Assembly: GCA_900549225.1 (NCBI GenBank)
Contig: URNP01000004.1
Coordinates: 3,931-67,930 of the forward strand
Origin: an uncultured Eubacteriales bacterium
GTDB lineage: Bacteria; Bacillota; Clostridia; Christensenellales; CAG-917
DNA: 64,000 nt
Direction: 5' to 3'
Notes under the pieces: generated by a model
Told to the model about the DNA's origin: nothing
The model's database searches: none
What the model saw: the letters and a program-made list of their open reading frames with translations, nothing else
Part shown: one piece after another, positions 61,227 to 64,000 of the stretch
Layout: every line of letters begins with the position of its first letter
Numbering within the stretch: the stretch's first letter is position 1
Position numbers and translations under genes: made by a program

Positions 61227-62141
61227 TTACACTTCTTTGTTGACCACTCTCTTCAAGAAGTCGTCGCAGAGGCGGATATTTTCGATTGCCGCGCCCTTGT
61301 TCCAATTGAGCGGATAGCAGTGGTTGTCCAAGAATTTGGTGCTGTGGTGTTCTTCGACGTGAATGCCGAGATCCTGAAGTTTTTTGACGAGTTTTTGACC
61401 TTGGCCTTTGCAGAACATATCCTTTTCGGCGTAAGTGATGAAACTTACGGGGAATTGTTCGTTGACAAAACCGAAAGGCGCAAGCGTGTCGGAATACTCG
61501 TACTTGTCGAGGTCTTTGACGTGAACGCCGCTGAAATCGAAGAGGATTTTGTCGGTGAGGTTGAACGGCATTTTTTGTCCGAGTGCTTCGCCGATATCGT
61601 AGATGCCGCAATCGAGCATAGCGGTGCGGAATTTAAGATCGGTGGATACGCCGAATTTTGCTTGCAAATCCTTGTTGGTGGCAACACAAGAGAGCATTGC
61701 GGAATAATATCCGCCCGCGGAGTCGCCCGATACGCACATATTGTCGAGGTCGAGGTTATATTTTTCCGCGTTTGCGCCAACCCAATTGAGTGCGTCGACA
61801 AGATGCACGATTCCCTTCGGGAAAAGATATTTCGGACCAAGGCCGTAATTGACGTTCACAACGAAAAAGCCTTTGTTTGCCGCCCATTTTGCAAGGCCTC
61901 TGCGATAATGCTTGTCGCCTGCCACGAAGCCGCCGCCGTGAATGTAGAAGAACACGGGATACTTTTCGTTTCCGTCTTTTTTGACGAAATAAGTGTCGAG
62001 TTTTTCGGCGTCGTCCTTGCCGTACGCAATATCCGTTTCGATCTCGAACTTTACGTCTTTGAAGCGGAGCATTTTCTTGTTGTTTTGCGAGCCGTCGAAC
62101 AGTTTGTCGATTGCTACAAACAAAAATTGTGCAAATGTCAT
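61227..62141 (-). CDS. alpha/beta-hydrolase fold-3 esterase/lipase (hormone-sensitive-lipase family)
   Basis: HGGGF oxyanion motif and the GDSAGG nucleophile elbow. Confidence 0.85.
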   Translation of the reverse strand: MTFAQFLFVAIDKLFDGSQNNKKMLRFKDVKFEIETDIAYGKDDAEKLDTYFVKKDGNEKYPVFFYIHGGGFVAGDKHYRRGLAKWAANKGFFVVNVNYGLGPKYLFPKGIVHLVDALNWVGANAEKYNLDLDNMCVSGDSAGGYYSAMLSCVATNKDLQAKFGVSTDLKFRTAMLDCGIYDIGEALGQKMPFNLTDKILFDFSGVHVKDLDKYEYSDTLAPFGFVNEQFPVSFITYAEKDMFCKGQGQKLVKKLQDLGIHVEEHHSTKFLDNHCYPLNWNKGAAIENIRLCDDFLKRVVNKEV

Positions 62142-62388
62142 ATTGAACCCCTTTATACAAGATATTTTTTATAACAATATTTTAGCACATATCCTACAAA
62201 TGTGCAATATCCAAATTCGACGATTTTCGCACGGGACAAGCACGAAAAATTCGGCATTGACATACACTGCAAATTGTGTTATAAACTATATGAAAACTTA
62301 TGTGGACTTTTCCGGGCGCAAGCCAACTTTTCGCCACACAACGCTATGCGCTGTGTTTTTTTATGGCAAAAACCACCTGTGGAGAAAC

Positions 62389-63120
62389 ATGAAAAAGTTG
62401 AAACTTTCAAGCGAGGCGGTATATCTTGCGGCAATCGTGCTGCTTGCTTTGTCCGTCGCTATGCTCACGACATCGGGATACGGGCTTTCAATGCTCGTTG
62501 CTCCCGCGTATATTCTAAGTCTTATTCTCGGCATCGAGTTCGGCTTTGCGGAATATATCGTGCAAGGCATACTCATCGTTTTGTTTTGCATTATCGTAAG
62601 ACGATTCAAAGTGGGATACCTCTTTTCGTTTATATCCTGCCTTTTGTACGGCGCAATTCTTATCGCCTGGCAAAAAATCCCCGCTTTCGACACTTCGATA
62701 AATCCGCCCGAAAGTTATGAAACATGGCAAAGAGTGTTGCTGTTTATCTTCGGAGATTTGCTCACGTTCTTCTCCGTGGCACTGTCTTTCAAGGCATATT
62801 TGCATCCGCAAGTTTACGACTTTTTCGTCAAAGGCATAAGCGAAAGATATCGCATCAAGCAGGCCGTCGTAAAAACGGCATTCGACTTCTGTTGTCTTGC
62901 GATAGGCTCGGCAATGACGTTGATTGCGTTCAAAGAGTTTCGCGGAATATACTGGGGTACGCTTGCAACGGCAATTTGCGGAGGCACGATTATAGGCTTT
63001 TTCAGCAAAATACTAGACAAAATAATAATCGCAAAACCGCTCTTCCCCAAACTCGAAAAGTATTTCGAGATAAGCGACGACGTTTTGTCGGTGAAAACCG
63101 ACGAATACGTGCGAGAATAA
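62389..63120 (+). CDS. polytopic membrane protein (YczE/YitT-like, DUF6198-type); assignment tentative
   Basis: Start trimmed to MKKLKLSSEAVYL (ATG at 62389, GGAGA RBS). About 6-7 TM helices. Confidence 0.65.
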   Translation: MKKLKLSSEAVYLAAIVLLALSVAMLTTSGYGLSMLVAPAYILSLILGIEFGFAEYIVQGILIVLFCIIVRRFKVGYLFSFISCLLYGAILIAWQKIPAFDTSINPPESYETWQRVLLFIFGDLLTFFSVALSFKAYLHPQVYDFFVKGISERYRIKQAVVKTAFDFCCLAIGSAMTLIAFKEFRGIYWGTLATAICGGTIIGFFSKILDKIIIAKPLFPKLEKYFEISDDVLSVKTDEYVRE

Positions 63121-63196
63121 AGATAAGCGCAAGGCTCAATCAATTTCAAACCTCATTATCTAAACATTTTGCCGCTTTAACGGCATGATTGTTAAA

Positions 63197-63226
63197 GAAA
63201 AAGTCGCTCCTTCGAGCGACTTTTTA
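63197..63226. terminator. intrinsic terminator after the membrane-protein gene
   Basis: GTCGCTC (63203-63209) pairs with GAGCGAC (63214-63220), flanked by AAAAA and TTTTT. Confidence 0.8.
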
Positions 63227-63261
63227 TCGTTTTCGGCAAAGCCATAAGTTGCTTGCTCCTC

Positions 63262-63378
63262 TGATTCGCCAAACGGATGCATAACGAGAAAGCACCCCTT
63301 GAATGGCAACCCTAATTTACTATGCGTAAATGAGTTGACAGACAAGAGGTGCTGCCAAAGTTAGGCGCCGTTTGACGA
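63262..63378 (+). repeat. distant copy of the ~120-nt structured intergenic repeat
   Basis: ..CGCCAAACGGATGCATAACGAGAAAGCACCCCTTGAATGGCAACCCTAATTTACTATGCGTAAATGAGTTGACAGACAAGAGGTGCTGCCAAAGTTAGGCGCCGTTTG.. is ~88% identical to 51975-52082, and the differences in the stems are compensatory. Confidence 0.75.
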
Positions 63379-63379
63379 C

Positions 63380-64000
63380 TCAGAGTTTGATTGAGTTAAA
63401 TTCATTGATATTCTTCATCACCAAATCAAAATAACGATTTGCGATATCGATATCCTTTTGGTTGCCTCTGATTGCTGTCGAGAGTGTGATCCTGTTGAGC
63501 AGCGTAGTGACGGACATAAGGAAGAACGGCTTGTACTTCACTGCGCCCGAAATGAATCCGTCCACGAGTTTCAATCCGTTCGGAGTGAGTTTTTCGGCGT
63601 TGAGAAGCCCCATATTGCTGACTGCGATAAGCGGGTTGTCGTATCCCGCTTTGATTGCAAACTCTGCAATATCGTGCGGGAAAATCGTGTACGCGAGTTT
63701 CAGAAGCGGCAAGGAATAAAGCCCCATAAATTTGTCGCGTTTGTAGCCCTTGGTGGAGCGTATGACGTTGACGACTGTGTCTTGTATTGTTTCGCCTTTG
63801 CCGAGCGTGCGCACTGCCATCCACGCGGTGTGGTTGGTGAGTCCGCCTTGCAAGCCGCCGTCTACGATATGTTTTCTGAGGTCGATTGCGCAAGACACGG
63901 TGAGGCTGTCGTCGTCTTTGAGATCGCAAAGTTCGTAAAGCGAGCGGAATACCGTTGCCATAATCGCGTCGTTGACGGTGATGCCCATCTTTTTGGACAT
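63380..64000 (-). CDS. C-terminal part of an acyltransferase-like protein (condensation/WS-DGAT-like superfamily?); gene continues beyond the right edge
   Basis: The ORF is open to the window edge. My only support is general resemblance of the C-terminal half to CoA-dependent acyltransferases, which is a weak functional call. Confidence 0.5.
   Translation of the reverse strand: MSKKMGITVNDAIMATVFRSLYELCDLKDDDSLTVSCAIDLRKHIVDGGLQGGLTNHTAWMAVRTLGKGETIQDTVVNVIRSTKGYKRDKFMGLYSLPLLKLAYTIFPHDIAEFAIKAGYDNPLIAVSNMGLLNAEKLTPNGLKLVDGFISGAVKYKPFFLMSVTTLLNRITLSTAIRGNQKDIDIANRYFDLVMKNINEFNSIKL

Overview
This is a chromosomal segment from a Bacillota (Clostridia-like) genome, about 50% GC by my spot counts of 60-nt lines. 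Support for the lineage: a T-box leader on thrS, spmA/spmB, the metG-tatD-radical SAM-rsmA block, GGAGG Shine-Dalgarno sites and lipobox lipoproteins. About 36 kb is ordinary housekeeping or accessory coding sequence: an LDH/MDH-family dehydrogenase, sirtuin, HtrA-like protease, GDPD, RNA m5C methyltransferase, thrS, HAD hydrolase, guaB, two esterases, trmO, an EamA transporter, rsmA, tatD, metG, spmAB, an SPFH/zinc-ribbon pair and apgM. The window is dominated by one uninterrupted 27.1-kb minus-strand gene (22949..50095; 9,048 codons from the best start; roughly 1 MDa). It has a consensus TTGACA-17-TATAAT promoter, a GGAGGAG RBS and a lipoprotein signal peptide. The protein then has about 14 highly diverged 250-780-aa modules marked by a recurring 'LGIYY..G.LYVDLS..LG' signature plus acidic Ala/Ser/Thr/Asp linkers. 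One tandem block resembles cell-wall-binding repeats. A low-GC, Cys-containing unique segment follows, and the C-terminus carries about 12 Ig-like ('V.W') domains. I recognise no known family or catalytic motif over the N-terminal three quarters, so this is the candidate undescribed system. Other points worth a second look are: (1) a ~120-nt structured intergenic repeat family with compensatory base changes at two convergent gene junctions; (2) a low-GC two-gene island encoding a lipoprotein and a 1,219-aa GLUG-motif surface protein; (3) repeated motifs in the divergent control region of the giant gene; and (4) a probable leaderless mRNA. I saw no rRNA, tRNA, CRISPR array, transposase, integrase or phage genes.
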